A stretch of DNA of 64,000 nt from Heterodontus francisci (lineage: Eukaryota), in NCBI RefSeq assembly GCF_036365525.1, contig NC_090416.1, positions 17,270,945 through 17,334,944 of the forward strand, written 5' to 3'. Below are positions 61,275 through 64,000 of the stretch, one piece after another. Each line of letters begins with the position of its first letter. Position 1 is the stretch's first letter. The notes beneath the pieces were generated by a model, which did no database searches, was not told the DNA's origin, and was given only the letters and a program-made list of their open reading frames with translations. The position numbers were made by a program, and so were the translations under genes.

Positions 61275-64000
61275 TGATGCCAAAAATAGGCACAGCACTG
61301 TTTAGATGCTGGCTTTTCACCGGGTTAAATCCAGCTCAGTGTGATGGATAAGTCTCCTCTGTCTGCTGGCTGCAAGAGTCCTCTTAATCCAGATCCTGGT
61401 GGGTATAAGATTTTCACACAGGACACACAATAACTGGCAATTTTATTCCAAGTGGCAACAGATAAGTGAAATGAAAAAAATGTTCACAGGTACAGTAGGG
61501 GACTTTCTGAAGGAGGAAAGGCTTACATTTAGATAAAGTCTGTCACAACCTTAGGACGTCCCAAAGCATCTTACAGCCAATGACGTAGAAAACACAACTG
61601 CCAGTTTGCAGACAGTAAAGTCTCACAAACAGCAATGAGATAATGACCTGATAATTTTTTTCTTAAAAGCAATATTAGTTGAGAGATAAGTATGGACCAG
61701 GACATGAGGAAGACAATTTGCCTCTATCTGATTATGCTACAACTCCCAAAAAAGAAATACTTACACTCCAAATGGTCTTAACTGTCCAGTCAGAACAAAA
61801 ACCACAAAGAACTTTACTGTGCTATATTCAGCTTCTATAAATTCACTTAAATATTATTTTAACTCATTCACTGCTTTTGCTCTGCTACAAGCTACATCAC
61901 TGCTGTATCTCATGTCAAGACATCATCTGGCTAACTTCCAGGACTAAGACTACAATGGGGATGCTGGAGAGAAAACTGAAGCAAGTATTAATCCAATTTT
62001 AGTAAGGGAACACATTTGGCACAAATTCTGTTTGCTACCCATACTGTAATTAGCAAAATTAAGACCAGCACCAACGGAGAAAAGATCACCCAGCGCCTAA
62101 TGTATTAATGGAACAACTCCACTAGAATCACCAAGTGTCAACATTAATGTTGTCACTAGATAGTCAGTAAAACAGAATACTGAGTCTGTTATATTTTCAC
62201 ACTGTGCCTACTTGAACTGTGAATACCCCAGCAGTAGATTTAAACTGCATCCTTCCAAACTAGGATTATGTCCAGAGACAGCATTTTGAACTGTGCAGCA
62301 ATAATGTGAAATGCTTCTGGTTACAGCTCTGTTATTGGTGGTGGCATTAGTGGAATCAATTTAATGTGATAGATTTAAATGTTACACAAGAAGTACATGA
62401 CAAATAAAAGCATGTTGGTTGAAGAGCAATTTTTCTTAGTGTGCTAGCATCAATATGTTATCTTAAACATACATACGCTGAACATACAGAATTCTAAAAC
62501 CACTATGCTGGGCTCAAATGTAAAACTGCACTGATTGTGTTTAACTGCACATCATTTTCAGAACATTTTTTTCCCGCTCCAGTAACCTTGAACTAAGAAC
62601 ATGCTTTTGACCTGAGCAGATATCATCCGTTCTGCTTGAGAGTTTGAAAATCTTCAGTAGGGGAAGAAATAAGGTGCTTTCTACAAACAGCCTGGTACAG
62701 AATTACAATTAATTGCATCTGCTTCAACCTTTTCCCCTCCAATTCTATTGTCGACTCAGTAATGACACAATTTAGCCACTCATTTCTGTTCTGCAGCAGA
62801 CTGGAAACATGGTAGCAATAAACACAAATATATTTCATCTGTGTGTGTACACAATGGTCAATTAATAACAGTGCCAAAGGCATGTAATCTAAGGGAATTA
62901 GATAACTTATTACAATGCAAGATTCTAATCAATCAGTTTTGTGAAATTTGACCTGGAAACTAGCCAAGAGATAGGTTTCTGCCCTTCAGTTTTCCCCTCT
63001 TCCCAAGGGGATATGTTAGGATGCAATTCAATGGATACTCGTCACCCTCGAGTACTCCACCCAAGTGGGCGGGTGAGAGTCACCTGGCTGCTCTGCCACA
63101 CAGGGCGTTTCTTTTGAGGCCAATTCTGACCTGCCTCAACATCCTTAGATACATGAATTTTCTAACATGTGCAACTAGAAAACATTGGAGGTACTCTGGC
63201 TGATTTTTGCACTGGACAGCACAGGGAAAGGCCAAATGTAACATATACTACTGCTCCAGGTGATATCTGTAAACTCAAGGAGATAAAATTTTGTATCTTA
63301 GTATGTATGGTTCAACACCATGCTAGTCAATGTATTTGCTCAGGCATTGATATCCAAGGGGGAGTTGCTCACTCATCAGCTTTCATAAGCAGAAAAACCA
63401 AGCAACTTGCTAAAATACATGCAACAATAGGAATTATTCTTCAAATCTGCAATCCTTTCCAGCTCAGTTTACTTGCTATGTCTGTATTTTGTGACTGTTT
63501 TCTGCTCCATGGACCAGCTCTATCTCCACAGTGCAACTGCATTCCATTCCTTTGTACGGGTAGTATTGTCTCATTATATATTTTACTGGTAAATCAATAG
63601 TAAAATCAAAGAATCACATTTTCAAAGTTCAACCTCCATGAACTCCCCCAATGTAGGGGGCAAATGCAGCTAATCAGACCAAGATGGTGCCAGGTTCAAT
63701 CCCTAGGTTGAGCTGAACTGTCAGCCCGTGGCCAGCTTGGGCAAAAATCAGAAAAAGGGCCTCCTGACCACAATTACAAAGATCTACTCGCACCTGTGGG
63801 ATCATGCCCCAAGACATTGTCAGAACTCAAGAGAAGCACTACCTAAAACGCAAACAGTAACTTATCTTACAGCATCACCTGAATTCTCAATCAGAGGCCA
63901 TTCTTAGCCAGACTGGTGATCGTGGTACTTGAACTGAAGAAAGCTATTTGCTTGCTGATCCAAGACTTGGAAATTCTTGGCAATTGCACTTATGCACTAT

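Noticed and set aside
55259-64000. RPRD2 exon 1 and promoter
   Set aside because: I found no sequence encoding the N-terminal CID helices. The GC-rich patch at 55.7-56.7 kb looks repeat-derived, so exon 1 is probably outside the window.

Overview
Vertebrate genomic DNA, very probably from a cartilaginous fish (inferred from HE1-like V-SINEs, SacSINE1-like DeuSINEs and CR1/Penelope relics). It holds two spliced genes on the minus strand in tandem. (1) RPRD2 exons 2-11 span 55258 to the stop at 23869, and exon 1 lies beyond the window end; the ten exons splice into one open frame with GT-AG sites and are followed by a repeat-poor stretch that may be a 3' UTR of up to about 11.7 kb. (2) The first seven coding exons of a threonyl-tRNA synthetase span about 7088 to 746. 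It is TARS2 by position next to RPRD2, but it keeps a TARS1-like exon layout and has a candidate mitochondrial presequence exon. The most unusual structure is a young RTE-clade LINE in RPRD2 intron 2 (47961-52717): it has a 12-bp target-site duplication, an inverted 5' half, about 890 nt of captured non-RTE DNA, a snap-back hairpin at the junction and a structured 5' end. Other notable items are Penelope-type minimal hammerhead ribozyme motifs, a ~200-bp inverted duplication linked to a Penelope end, and an alternative donor that could switch the ThrRS between mitochondrial and presequence-less forms. Exon boundaries were read by eye; repeat boundaries are approximate; family names come from recall, not from database searches.
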